DNA from: Bacillota bacterium
GTDB lineage: Bacteria > Bacillota_I > Bacilli_A > RF39 > UBA660
Reading direction: 5' to 3'
DNA: 64,000 nucleotides
Assembly: GCA_023391185.1 (NCBI GenBank)
Contig: JAEWBI010000004.1
Span: 3,107 to 67,106, forward strand
Part shown: piece after piece, positions 46,948-56,354 of the stretch
Numbering within the stretch: position 1 is the first letter of the stretch
Layout: every line of letters begins with the position of its first letter
Position numbers and translations under genes: made by a program
The notes under the pieces: model-generated
The model's input: the letters and a program-made list of their open reading frames with translations, nothing else
Told to the model about the DNA's origin: nothing
Databases searched by the model: none

Positions 46948-48222
46948 ATGTTCGTTGATGAAGTTACGCTTGAATTACAAGCCGGTGATGGTGGTAATGG
47001 TTGTCTAGCATTTAGACGAGAGAAATTTGTAGAAATGGGTGGACCATTTGGTGGTAATGGTGGTAAAGGATCAAACATTATTTTTAAAGTTGATGAGGGC
47101 TTAAACACATTACTTGATTTAAGATATAAAAGAGTCATAAAAGGTAACAAAGGTGAAAATGGAGAAGGTAAAGGAAAACATGGAGCAGCTGCTACTGATG
47201 TTGTTATTAAAGTTCCGCAAGGTACTATAATTACTGATTATGAATCAGGATTAGTTATAGCGGATCTTACTAATAAAGATGAAGAAGTTATTGCTGCTTA
47301 TGGTGGCCGTGGCGGTAGAGGTAATATTGCTTTTGCAACTCGTGCTAATCCTGCACCAGCATATGCTGAAAATGGTGAACCAGGCGAGTATAGAAAAATA
47401 AAAGTAGAACTTAAACTACTTGCTGATGTTGGATTAGTTGGACTTCCAAGTGTAGGAAAATCAACTTTTATTTCTAAAATTAGTGCAGCTAAACCAAAAA
47501 TTGCTGCTTATCATTTTACAACATTGTCACCTAATCTAGGTGTTGTAAGAACAAAAGATAATAGAAGTTTTGTTGTTGCAGATTTACCTGGCTTAATAAA
47601 AGGAGCTTCTTTAGGAGAAGGTCTTGGTGATAAATTTTTAAGACATATTGAAAGAACAAGAGTTATAGCGCACATCATAGATATGAGTGGTTTTGAAGGC
47701 AGAGACCCTTATGAAGACTATTTAGTTATTAATAAGGAACTTGATGATTTTAGTAAAAAAATATTAAAAAAACCACAAGTAGTAATTGCTAATAAAATGG
47801 ATATAGATGGTGCTGATGAAAATCTTGAAAATTTCCGTAAGAAAGTAAAAGATGTTGAAGTGTTTCCTATATCAGCAGCAACTGGAAAAGGAATTGATGA
47901 AGTTCTTATAAAGATAGCTGATATGCTTGATACAATAGAAAAACAACCATTATATGAAGATGATGAAATAGAAAGTCATGTTCTATATAAGTTCGAAAGA
48001 GAAAAACCGTTTACTATTAGTCATGAAGGACGCACTTGGGTTGTTCGTGGTAAAGAAGTGGAAAAAATGCTTCGTATGACAAGCTTTAGAACTGATGAAG
48101 CTGCTAATAGATTTGCAAACAAATTACGCAAAATGGGTATTGATGCTAAGTTAAAAGAACTTGGTGCTGTTGAAGGCGATACTATTAGAATATTAGATTT
48201 GGAATTTGAGTATAAAGACTAA
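46948..48222 (+). CDS. obg: GTPase Obg
   Basis: MFVDEVTLELQAGDGGNGCLAFRREKF Gly-rich Obg fold, GLPSVGKST G1, DLPGLI G3, NKMD G4, and C-terminal OCT domain. Confidence 0.95.
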   Translation: MFVDEVTLELQAGDGGNGCLAFRREKFVEMGGPFGGNGGKGSNIIFKVDEGLNTLLDLRYKRVIKGNKGENGEGKGKHGAAATDVVIKVPQGTIITDYESGLVIADLTNKDEEVIAAYGGRGGRGNIAFATRANPAPAYAENGEPGEYRKIKVELKLLADVGLVGLPSVGKSTFISKISAAKPKIAAYHFTTLSPNLGVVRTKDNRSFVVADLPGLIKGASLGEGLGDKFLRHIERTRVIAHIIDMSGFEGRDPYEDYLVINKELDDFSKKILKKPQVVIANKMDIDGADENLENFRKKVKDVEVFPISAATGKGIDEVLIKIADMLDTIEKQPLYEDDEIESHVLYKFEREKPFTISHEGRTWVVRGKEVEKMLRMTSFRTDEAANRFANKLRKMGIDAKLKELGAVEGDTIRILDLEFEYKD

Positions 48223-48249
48223 AAAGATAGATTTAAATCTATCTTTTTA
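48222..48249 (+). terminator. Rho-independent terminator after obg
   Basis: AAAAGATAGATTT/AAATCTATCTTTT palindrome. Confidence 0.75.
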
Positions 48250-48281
48250 TGTTATAATTATTATAGAGTAGGTGAAGCATC

Positions 48282-49025
48282 ATGAAGGTAGTTTATCATG
48301 GAAGTAATTTTTCTAGTTTAGAAACTATTACCCCACATCAAAGTATTCATGGAAATTATGTATATGCAACAAATAATAAAGTTATTGCTATTATAATGGC
48401 TCATAAGTATGGTTCGGATTTCACTTATAGTTTTGGTAGAGAAAATAGGAAAGATCCATATAATTTAGTTGAAAGAATTCCTGGAGCATTTGATATAATG
48501 TATAAAAGTTCAGCCTCTATTTATAGTTTAGATGGTAGTAATTTTAAAAAGATAAATACAAGTTTTAATGAAATAGTAAGTACAGAAGAAGAAAAAGTTT
48601 TAGGGGAAGAAAAAATAACTAATTTATTAAAAGTAATTAATAATTTAGAAAAAGAGAAAGTAATTAAAGTATATAGATATCCAAATAAACCAGAAGGTTT
48701 TAAAAGAGATGGTTCGGATTTAATAGAAAAATTAGCGGATGGACAAGATTTTGAAACAATCAGGCGTAGGTATATATCATTACTTAGTTATTATCCTGAA
48801 CTACTTGATAAAGTGAATGATAAATTATTTAGTATTAATAAATCATTTTTAGGATTTAACACAAGTGATTTGTTTAATATAATTGATTATTGTATAGCAA
48901 GATACAATCAAGACCCCAAAAATGAACCTTTCTTAAAATTGAAATTAACTAAGTTTAAAAAGTTATATCCAATATATTTTAAGAATATTAATTTAGTTGA
49001 TATATGTAATAAAAAAACAATTTAA
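48282..49025 (+). CDS. Hypothetical protein (247 aa)
   Basis: GGTGAAG RBS. The N-terminal VVYHGS...GNYVYAT pattern is discussed in findings. Confidence 0.55.
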   Translation: MKVVYHGSNFSSLETITPHQSIHGNYVYATNNKVIAIIMAHKYGSDFTYSFGRENRKDPYNLVERIPGAFDIMYKSSASIYSLDGSNFKKINTSFNEIVSTEEEKVLGEEKITNLLKVINNLEKEKVIKVYRYPNKPEGFKRDGSDLIEKLADGQDFETIRRRYISLLSYYPELLDKVNDKLFSINKSFLGFNTSDLFNIIDYCIARYNQDPKNEPFLKLKLTKFKKLYPIYFKNINLVDICNKKTI

Positions 49026-49042
49026 TAATGATTAAATTGTTT

Positions 49043-49333
49043 TTATTTTATATAATCTCCAATTTTATAATTATAGTAATTTACTGGGGACTCATAAGTA
49101 TAATATACATTCTTTTTGGGAAGTATTATCTTATTTGGTTTTAAATTTTTATAGATATGTAATACTTTGTTATTTTTATCTGTCATATAAACATCTATAT
49201 TAACAAACATAAACATGGTATGAATACTATTACATCTTGGAAAGCATAATATAACATTAATTTTTCTTTTAAACATTAAACCTAAAAATCTTGAAAAGAA
49301 ATTTTTGCATATTAATATATCTAACTTTTTCAT
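49043..49333 (-). CDS. DUF192-like small protein
   Basis: FSRFLGLMF...NSIHTMFMFVNIDVYMTDKNNKV...YKIGDYI fits the DUF192 pattern. Start trimmed to the ATG after GGTGA. Divergent from flp. Confidence 0.6.
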   Translation of the reverse strand: MKKLDILICKNFFSRFLGLMFKRKINVILCFPRCNSIHTMFMFVNIDVYMTDKNNKVLHIYKNLKPNKIILPKKNVYYTYESPVNYYNYKIGDYIK

Positions 49334-49435
49334 ATTCTTCACCAATCATATTATAGCATAAAAAGTAATTGACAAAAATATATAAAAAGTATAAAATTGT
49401 AGTATAAAAGGGTAAGAATTGGGTAGGAGGATTTT

Positions 49436-49630
49436 ATGAATAATAAAGGTCAAGCTTTAGTAGAGTATTTATTAATAATTGCTTTAATTAGTGTTATTGT
49501 AGTAAGTCTAGTTAAGTTGCTAGGAGGATACTTGCAAGATTCTGTTACCAAATCATCTTGTAATTTAATTGACAAAGTATATGTTGCAGGTGAAAAACCA
49601 GGCGAAGGTTACTGCGCAGAATCAGAATAG
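49436..49630 (+). CDS. flp: Flp-family (type IVc) prepilin
   Basis: MNNKG/QALVEYLLIIALISVIVV contains the G-xxxx-EY Flp processing motif. 64 aa. Strong GGTAGGAGG RBS. Confidence 0.85.
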   Translation: MNNKGQALVEYLLIIALISVIVVSLVKLLGGYLQDSVTKSSCNLIDKVYVAGEKPGEGYCAESE

Positions 49631-49641
49631 AATAGTTTTAT

Positions 49642-49676
49642 AAAAGAAGAAATATTTATGTACTTCTTCTTTTTTA
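49642..49676 (+). terminator. Hairpin plus T-run immediately after flp (probable partial terminator/attenuator)
   Basis: AAAAGAAGAA-12 nt-TTCTTCTTTT followed by TT. Confidence 0.65.
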
Positions 49677-49705
49677 TTGTTTAATTAGTCGTTTTTTGGT
49701 ATAAT
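49677..49705 (+). promoter_or_regulatory. Internal promoter for tadE and downstream tad genes
   Basis: TTGTTT, 17 nt, then TGGTATAAT extended -10 (49697-49705). Located just after the flp terminator. Confidence 0.5.
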
Positions 49706-49732
49706 CTTATTAAGATATGCGAGTGTGATTAT

Positions 49733-50110
49733 ATGATAAAAGATATAAGGAACAGCAAAGGTCAAGCTTTAGTAGAATTTGTCCTTGTAATGCCTATTTT
49801 TATCTTTATTATTATGGCGATGGTAGATTTAGGAAATATTATATATAAAAAGTATAATTTAGAAAATACACTTGATACGGTAGTAGAATTATATAAACAA
49901 GGAGAAAGTCAGAAGATGGCTGCCTATGCATCGGTTGAAAATATTGATTTAGATATTTCTTCTATTAGTGATGATTTGACTAAAGTATCTGTTAAAAAAA
50001 CAATAAATATAATAACACCAGGATTAAATAATATACTCGGTAAAGATTATACCTTATCAGTAGATAGAACAATTTTTTCTAAAGAGGACAAGGTTATAAA
50101 TGAAGGATAG
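49733..50110 (+). CDS. tadE: TadE-like pseudopilin
   Basis: KGQALVEFVLVMPIFIFIIMAMVDLG is a TadE-type N-terminus. Confidence 0.8.
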   Translation: MIKDIRNSKGQALVEFVLVMPIFIFIIMAMVDLGNIIYKKYNLENTLDTVVELYKQGESQKMAAYASVENIDLDISSISDDLTKVSVKKTINIITPGLNNILGKDYTLSVDRTIFSKEDKVINEG

Positions 50111-50492
50111 AAAAGGACAGGTTTTAGTAGCCTTTGTCTTATTAATACCAGTAATAATAATGATACTGGCATTAATTGTAGATGTTGGTTTTCTATATGT
50201 AGAAAAAAGAAATACTGATAATGTAATAAGAGATGTAACAAATTATGGGCTTGATAATTTAAATTTAGAAAAGAACATATTACAAGATAATATAACTAAG
50301 TTAGTTAATGCTAATTTAGATGAAATACAAGACCTTAGTATAGTAATTAATACTAATAGTGTTGAGATAAATATAACTAGAAATAAGCAAAGTATATTTT
50401 CGAATGCCTATAAAAAAGCAAATTATAGAATAACTTCAAATTATATTGGTAACATTAGTAATTCAGTAAAAGATGTAAGGAAGGAGTCATAG
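50100..50492 (+). CDS. TadE/TadG-like pseudopilin
   Basis: RKGQVLVAFVLLIPVIIMILALIVDVGFLY. Overlaps tadE by 11 nt. Confidence 0.75.
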   Translation: MKDRKGQVLVAFVLLIPVIIMILALIVDVGFLYVEKRNTDNVIRDVTNYGLDNLNLEKNILQDNITKLVNANLDEIQDLSIVINTNSVEINITRNKQSIFSNAYKKANYRITSNYIGNISNSVKDVRKES

Positions 50493-50493
50493 T

Positions 50494-51321
50494 ATGGCAC
50501 TAAAAAAAGCTAAAATATTAACAATAACTTCTGTAAGCGGAGGAACAGGTAAGACTACTACAGCACTTTGCGTTGCAGGAACATACTCAACACTTGGTAA
50601 AAAAGTTCTAGTAATAGATTTAGATTTGTATACAGGAACTATTGCTGCTGCTTTAAACTTAGATGTTAAATCAGACATGTTTATCTTAGTTAATGATTTA
50701 AATAATAATAAATTTAAAGGGTTAGACGAATATATAACAAGTTATAACGAAAATATCGATATATTACCAGCTACTAAAGATCCGAGATATGCTAATAAAA
50801 TTAATGCTAATTACTTACAATTAGTTTTTGATAAATATTGTAATAAATATGATTTAATTGTAGTTGATACTGCTGACGATTTATCACCTTTTAATTTAGT
50901 TACTTTTGATTATAGTGATTTAATTATATATGTTATTAATAACGATGCAGTAAATTTAAAAAATATGCGTACTATGGTTTCTATATTTAAAGATATGGGT
51001 CTTACAAAATATAGAATATTCCTAAATGAGGCAAATTCTATCCATAAGAATTACTTTACAAAAAATGATATGAAGAATATCATGAAAGCTAATATAGATT
51101 ATACTGTTACAAGTAGATTTTTTATTAAGAATATAGATAAATATTTCTTAGATGGTGTAATTTTAACTTTAGATAAAACAATAAGAGCAAAATATAAAAA
51201 AGATATTAAAGAGTTTGAAGAAATAGCTAAGGTTATTATTGGTGATACCCAAATGGTTGAGAGTAAAGTTAAAAATATGAGTGTTTCTAATGACAAAGTT
51301 ATGAAAGGGGAAACTGAATAG
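50494..51321 (+). CDS. tadZ: TadZ/CpaE-like ParA/MinD-family ATPase
   Basis: ILTITSVSGGTGKTTTA deviant Walker A, IVVDTADD Walker B. Located upstream of tadA. Confidence 0.8.
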   Translation: MALKKAKILTITSVSGGTGKTTTALCVAGTYSTLGKKVLVIDLDLYTGTIAAALNLDVKSDMFILVNDLNNNKFKGLDEYITSYNENIDILPATKDPRYANKINANYLQLVFDKYCNKYDLIVVDTADDLSPFNLVTFDYSDLIIYVINNDAVNLKNMRTMVSIFKDMGLTKYRIFLNEANSIHKNYFTKNDMKNIMKANIDYTVTSRFFIKNIDKYFLDGVILTLDKTIRAKYKKDIKEFEEIAKVIIGDTQMVESKVKNMSVSNDKVMKGETE

Positions 51322-51322
51322 T

Positions 51323-52645
51323 ATGAAGAGTTTTACAGAAGAATTCCAAGTAAGTATTAAAAAGAATAATTATGCTGAAACTACTGATTATGAAACATTT
51401 CCTAATAAAGTATTACTTGATGAACTTAGAAATAAAATTATTCAAAACCTAATAGATAATCGTGCCTCATTAGGTGGTACTTTAGATTCTTTTATTAAAA
51501 GACAAGTAGATGCTACCATTGAAGGATATGATTTAACGGGAGTTGAAATATCTTATATCTATAACATGATAGATAATGAAATTAATGGATGTGGACCATT
51601 AACTGAGCTTATGGAAGATCCAAATATAACGGAAATAATGGTTAATGGAATAGATAAAATTTATATAGAAATAGATGGACGTGTTAGTAAAGATGACAGT
51701 GTTTCATTTATAAATGATGACCATATTATAAGAACAATACAAAGAATGATTCAGCCTATTGGTAGGACAATTGATGCTGCTAATCCTATGGTTGATGCAA
51801 GACTTTCTGATGGTTCTAGACTTAATGCTATTATAGCTCCACTTGCTATTAATGGACCAACGATTACTATTCGAAAGTTTAAAGAAGATCTTGTTACCAT
51901 AGATGATTTCCTAAGAACAGGAACTTTAACTCCTTATATGGCTAGATTCTTAGAAGCGTGCGTTAAAGCTAAATTAAATATTATTATATGTGGTGGAACT
52001 GGTTCTGGTAAAACAACACTACTTAATGTGTTATCTTCATTTATCGGTCAAGATGAACGTATTGTAACAATTGAAGATGCTGCAGAACTTAGATTAAAAC
52101 AACCTCACGTTGTTTCACTTGAAACAAGACTTGCAAACTATGAAGGTGAGGGAGCTATAACAATTAGAGATTTAGTTATTAATTCTCTTCGTATGAGACC
52201 TGACCGTATTATAGTTGGCGAATGTCGTGGTGGCGAGGCATTTGACATGCTTCAGGCTATGAATACAGGACATTCAGGTAGTTTAACAACAATGCATGCT
52301 AATGGGCCTATTGATACTTTAAATAGGTTAGAAACATTAATTTTAATGTCTGGTATGGAAATTCCAGTTAAAGCTATTCGTGAATATATTGAGAAAGCAA
52401 TAAATGTTGTAGTCCAAACTGAAAGATTTTCTGATGGTCGTAGAAGAGTAGTAGATATTTCTGAAGTTGTTGGGTTTAAAGATGATATGATTGAATTAAA
52501 ACAAATATTTGGTTTTAAACAAACAGGTAGACTTGATAATGGTGATGTTGATGGTGAGTTTATTCAATCTAAGCATGTACCAAAAGTATATGAAACAATG
52601 AAAGCCTTTGGTGTAGATAGTATAAAAGATATTTTTGAAAAATAG
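51323..52645 (+). CDS. tadA: TadA/CpaF-type pilus assembly ATPase
   Basis: ITEIMVNG, GGTGSGKTTLLN, TIEDAAEL, RPDRIIVGECRGGEA and GHSGSLTTMHAN. Confidence 0.95.
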   Translation: MKSFTEEFQVSIKKNNYAETTDYETFPNKVLLDELRNKIIQNLIDNRASLGGTLDSFIKRQVDATIEGYDLTGVEISYIYNMIDNEINGCGPLTELMEDPNITEIMVNGIDKIYIEIDGRVSKDDSVSFINDDHIIRTIQRMIQPIGRTIDAANPMVDARLSDGSRLNAIIAPLAINGPTITIRKFKEDLVTIDDFLRTGTLTPYMARFLEACVKAKLNIIICGGTGSGKTTLLNVLSSFIGQDERIVTIEDAAELRLKQPHVVSLETRLANYEGEGAITIRDLVINSLRMRPDRIIVGECRGGEAFDMLQAMNTGHSGSLTTMHANGPIDTLNRLETLILMSGMEIPVKAIREYIEKAINVVVQTERFSDGRRRVVDISEVVGFKDDMIELKQIFGFKQTGRLDNGDVDGEFIQSKHVPKVYETMKAFGVDSIKDIFEK

Positions 52646-52653
52646 GTGATAGT

Positions 52654-54147
52654 ATGATAAATAATAATGGTTTTAGTCTATATGGGGCTTTAACCAATCA
52701 GGATATAAATCTAACTTTTACACCTCCTAAAAATGTATATTCTTTTGAATATACGGTTTATAAGGATGGTGAAATATATATAAATGGCTTAGGTTCTACT
52801 TCCCCAATTGGTTTTAGTTTTACTGCCACAGGTACATACAATATCATAGTTACAATGAAGGATGTGACAGGATATAATACTGTAACTAGTCCACAATATA
52901 TAGTTGATAAAGAGAGTCCTATTATAACAGTTACAAAGGATAATATCCTATTAAAAGAAGGAAAAAGTCTTAATGCACTTTCAAATGTTACTGTAACTGA
53001 TAATTATGATAAGGATTTAAATAAACAAGTTATAACTAATTATGATGAACTAGATTTTGCAACTATAGGTGAAAAAAAGTTAGTATATTCTGTTAGTGAT
53101 CAAGCAGGAAATAATACTTCTAAAACCATTTATGTTAATGTTGTAAGTGGTGTTGATCCTTATTTAGTATTCATACAGTGTGGAATAGTAATTGGTTTAT
53201 TAATATTTATAATTGCTGTATTAAAATATAGACATTCAGTTAAAATAGAAAACCGTATTGCAAAATTTTCTGTAGAATCACTTGAAGATGACCAAATTTC
53301 ACTATTTGATAAGCTATCTTTAATATTAATTAAATATATTAAAAGAGAAAGTAATTTACTAAATAAATCAGCTTTTTTAAAACGTTATGCAAAACATTTT
53401 GAAAAATATACTTCAATATATAATAGTGAGTTAACTAGTATGGACCTTGTTTCTATTAAAATAACATTTGGTTTAATCTTTGTACTTGTTTGTATATTAT
53501 CACTAGCAATTAAATCAAGAGTATTACCCGTATATGAATGGATTATACCTTTCTTTGCAGGTGTATTTATAGTAGATATATATTACATAATAAAGTACAA
53601 ATTTTATCGTAATAAAATAGAAAATGATTTATTGCAAGCTATTATTATAATGAATAATGCATTTAAATCGGGTCGAAGTATTAGCCAGTCCATAGATCTT
53701 GTAACTACTGAACTAGATGGCCCTATAGCAAAAGAATTTAAAAAAATATATGTGGAATTATCTTTTGGTTTAGATTTAAATACTGTATTTAAAAGATTTG
53801 CTGATAGAGTCAATGTGGAAGAAGCTTCATATTTAACTGCATCACTTACTATTTTAAATAAAACAGGTGGTAATATAGTAAAAGTATTTGATGCTATTGA
53901 AAAATCTTTATTTAGTAAGAAGAAATTAAAGTTAGAGCTTAATGCATTAACAAGTTCTTCAAAAGTAATAAAAAATATTTTATCAATAGTTCCATTAATT
54001 TTCTTTCTTTTAATTAGTTTTATTGATTCAAATTATTTTACTGTTTTCTTTAATACACAAATTGGAATTATATTATTTATTCTTATATTAATACTTTATG
54101 TATCATATATATTAGTAGTAAATAAAATAATGAAAGTAAGGATGTGA
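52654..54147 (+). CDS. tadB: TadB-like platform protein (T2SS-F family) with an N-terminal ~165-aa Ig-like extension
   Basis: C-terminal NNAFKSGRSISQSIDLV...FGLDLNTVFKRFADRV T2SSF domain. The N-terminus includes a DUF5011-type Ig module (PIITVTKDN...KKLVYSVSDQAGNNTSKTIYVNV). Confidence 0.85.
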   Translation: MINNNGFSLYGALTNQDINLTFTPPKNVYSFEYTVYKDGEIYINGLGSTSPIGFSFTATGTYNIIVTMKDVTGYNTVTSPQYIVDKESPIITVTKDNILLKEGKSLNALSNVTVTDNYDKDLNKQVITNYDELDFATIGEKKLVYSVSDQAGNNTSKTIYVNVVSGVDPYLVFIQCGIVIGLLIFIIAVLKYRHSVKIENRIAKFSVESLEDDQISLFDKLSLILIKYIKRESNLLNKSAFLKRYAKHFEKYTSIYNSELTSMDLVSIKITFGLIFVLVCILSLAIKSRVLPVYEWIIPFFAGVFIVDIYYIIKYKFYRNKIENDLLQAIIIMNNAFKSGRSISQSIDLVTTELDGPIAKEFKKIYVELSFGLDLNTVFKRFADRVNVEEASYLTASLTILNKTGGNIVKVFDAIEKSLFSKKKLKLELNALTSSSKVIKNILSIVPLIFFLLISFIDSNYFTVFFNTQIGIILFILILILYVSYILVVNKIMKVRM

Positions 54148-54151
54148 TAAA

Positions 54152-54928
54152 GTGAATAAGACTAGAATAAATTATAATTATAATGAAGAAAAAATAAAGA
54201 AACTACGCGAAAGAAATAAGAAAACGGCTGTAGAACTTGATAAAAGTATTGTTAATAAAGTTTTTAAAAAAAGTGATATAAAACTAGTAGCAAATAAAAT
54301 AGCGATGATGGGTAAAACTAAACTTACTGTTAGTTCTTTCCTAAATATTAGAATTATATTAAGTATATTTGTATTTGTTTTGACAATAACTTTTACAAAG
54401 TTCAGTTATGTTTTAGCGCCACTTTCAGCAATCGTGGTTTATTATGGAAGTTATTATGTTCTTATTTCTAATCCTATTAAAAAAAGAACTTCAAAGTTAG
54501 ACCATGAAGCATTAAATTTTTTTGAAATTCTTACCCTTACTTTAGAATCAGGCCGTAATTTAGAAAATTCACTTGAAATAGCAGTTGACAATGTCGAATC
54601 TGAATTATCAGATGAATTTAGAAAAACTTTATTAGAAATTAAATTTGGTAAATCGCTGATTGAAGCATTAGATGGGATGAAGCAAAGAATACCTTCAGAA
54701 ACAATAAATAATATTATATTAAATATGACTCAAACAAGTATATTTGGTAGTAATATTTTAGATACTATGAACAATCAAATTGATTTTTTAAGAGATAAAC
54801 AATTATTAGAAGTGAAAGAAAGAATGAATAAATTACCTAATAGAATTAGTATCATATCGGTATTATTTATAGTTCCACTTATATTACTTTTGGTTTTAGG
54901 ACCTTTTCTAGTAAACTTTTTGGGTTGA
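54152..54928 (+). CDS. tadC: TadC-like platform protein (T2SS-F family)
   Basis: LESGRNLENSLEIAVDNV...IKFGKSLIEALDGMKQRIP. GTG start 4 nt after the tadB stop. Confidence 0.85.
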   Translation: MNKTRINYNYNEEKIKKLRERNKKTAVELDKSIVNKVFKKSDIKLVANKIAMMGKTKLTVSSFLNIRIILSIFVFVLTITFTKFSYVLAPLSAIVVYYGSYYVLISNPIKKRTSKLDHEALNFFEILTLTLESGRNLENSLEIAVDNVESELSDEFRKTLLEIKFGKSLIEALDGMKQRIPSETINNIILNMTQTSIFGSNILDTMNNQIDFLRDKQLLEVKERMNKLPNRISIISVLFIVPLILLLVLGPFLVNFLG

Positions 54929-54981
54929 AATTACAAAATTTAGTGTATAATATGTATGAAAGTTAAGAAAGAAGGATATAA

Positions 54982-56289
54982 ATGAAATATTATTTAGTTG
55001 GAATAAAAGGGGCTGGAATGAGTGCGCTGGCACTTATTTTAAATGATTTAGGTTATGAAGTAATAGGATATGATGATGATAAAAATCATGAATTTACTGA
55101 AGACAAATTAGATGAACGTGGTATTAAAATTTATACTGACGAAAATAATATTATTGATAAAAATACTATAGTTATTAGAAGTACGGCTATAAAAGAAAGT
55201 CATAGAGAGATAGTGAAAGCTAAATCACTAGATTTAAAGATATATGAGTATAATGAAATGCTAGGTAAAGTAGCAAATATGTTTGAACTAATTACTATAG
55301 CAGGCTGTCATGGTAAAACAACAACAACTTCTTTAATGGCTCATGTTCTTAAGAATATGGGTGGTTGTAATTATTTAATAGGTGATGGCACTGGCTATGC
55401 TAGTAAAGAAAATAAGAAATTTGTTATCGAAGCATGTGAATATTATAGACATTTCCTTGTATATGAACCAAATTATGCAATAATAACTAATATAGAACTT
55501 GATCATGTTGACTATTTTAAAGACATGCAGGATGTTATTGATGCATATTCAGAGTATGCTAATAATGCTGAAAAAATGGTTATTGCTTGTGGTGATGATC
55601 CTTATACTAGAATGTTAGAACTTAACAAACCAATATTCTATTATGGGATAGATGAGGATAATGATATAGTTGCAAAGAATATCGAGTATACTGCTGATGG
55701 TGTAGAATTTGATGTCTTTGTTGAAGAAAATTATTATGGGCACTTTGATTTGCCATTCTATGGTAAGCACATGTTACTTAATACTTTAGCGGTTATAAGT
55801 GTTTGTTATTATGAAAGAATGGATGCAAAAGAAGTATCTAAAAATCTAAAAACTTTTGGCGGAGCCGAGAGAAGATTTGAAGAAACTATTATAGGTGATA
55901 CTATCTTAGTTGATGACTATGCTCATCATCCAACAGAAGTAAAAGCTGTTATTAAAGCAGCGAGACAAAAATATCCTAATAAGAAAATTGTTGCGGTTTT
56001 TCAGCCTCATACTTTCTCTAGAACAGAAGCTTTTGCTGAAGATTTAGTAAAAGTACTGAACTTAGCTGATAAAGCCTTCGTTCTAGATATATTCCCATCA
56101 CGTGAAAAACAAGAAGATTTTCCAGGTATAAATTCTGAAATTATTGTTGAAAAATTAAGTAATGGAGAATTAATAACTGATGAAAGTTGGGGAAAATTAA
56201 AGGAATATAAAGGTGCAATTGTACTATTCCTTAGTCCAAAGCAAATTCAAAATTTAATGGAAAAATTTACTGAATACTTAAATAGCTAA
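54982..56289 (+). CDS. murC: UDP-N-acetylmuramate--L-alanine ligase
   Basis: GIKGAGMSALALILNDLGYEV, AGCHGKTTTTSL and DDYAHHPTE. Confidence 0.95.
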   Translation: MKYYLVGIKGAGMSALALILNDLGYEVIGYDDDKNHEFTEDKLDERGIKIYTDENNIIDKNTIVIRSTAIKESHREIVKAKSLDLKIYEYNEMLGKVANMFELITIAGCHGKTTTTSLMAHVLKNMGGCNYLIGDGTGYASKENKKFVIEACEYYRHFLVYEPNYAIITNIELDHVDYFKDMQDVIDAYSEYANNAEKMVIACGDDPYTRMLELNKPIFYYGIDEDNDIVAKNIEYTADGVEFDVFVEENYYGHFDLPFYGKHMLLNTLAVISVCYYERMDAKEVSKNLKTFGGAERRFEETIIGDTILVDDYAHHPTEVKAVIKAARQKYPNKKIVAVFQPHTFSRTEAFAEDLVKVLNLADKAFVLDIFPSREKQEDFPGINSEIIVEKLSNGELITDESWGKLKEYKGAIVLFLSPKQIQNLMEKFTEYLNS

Positions 56290-56354
56290 GTATTCTTTTT
56301 ATTTACTTAGAATTAATAATAAGGTATAATGATTATAGGATGATAGGTGAATGT

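Noticed and set aside
46926-47150. Minus-strand Pro-rich 74-aa ORF overlapping the obg 5' end.
   Set aside because: It is an antisense reading of the Gly-rich (GGN codon) Obg fold, so the CCN codons give Pro runs. It is not a gene.
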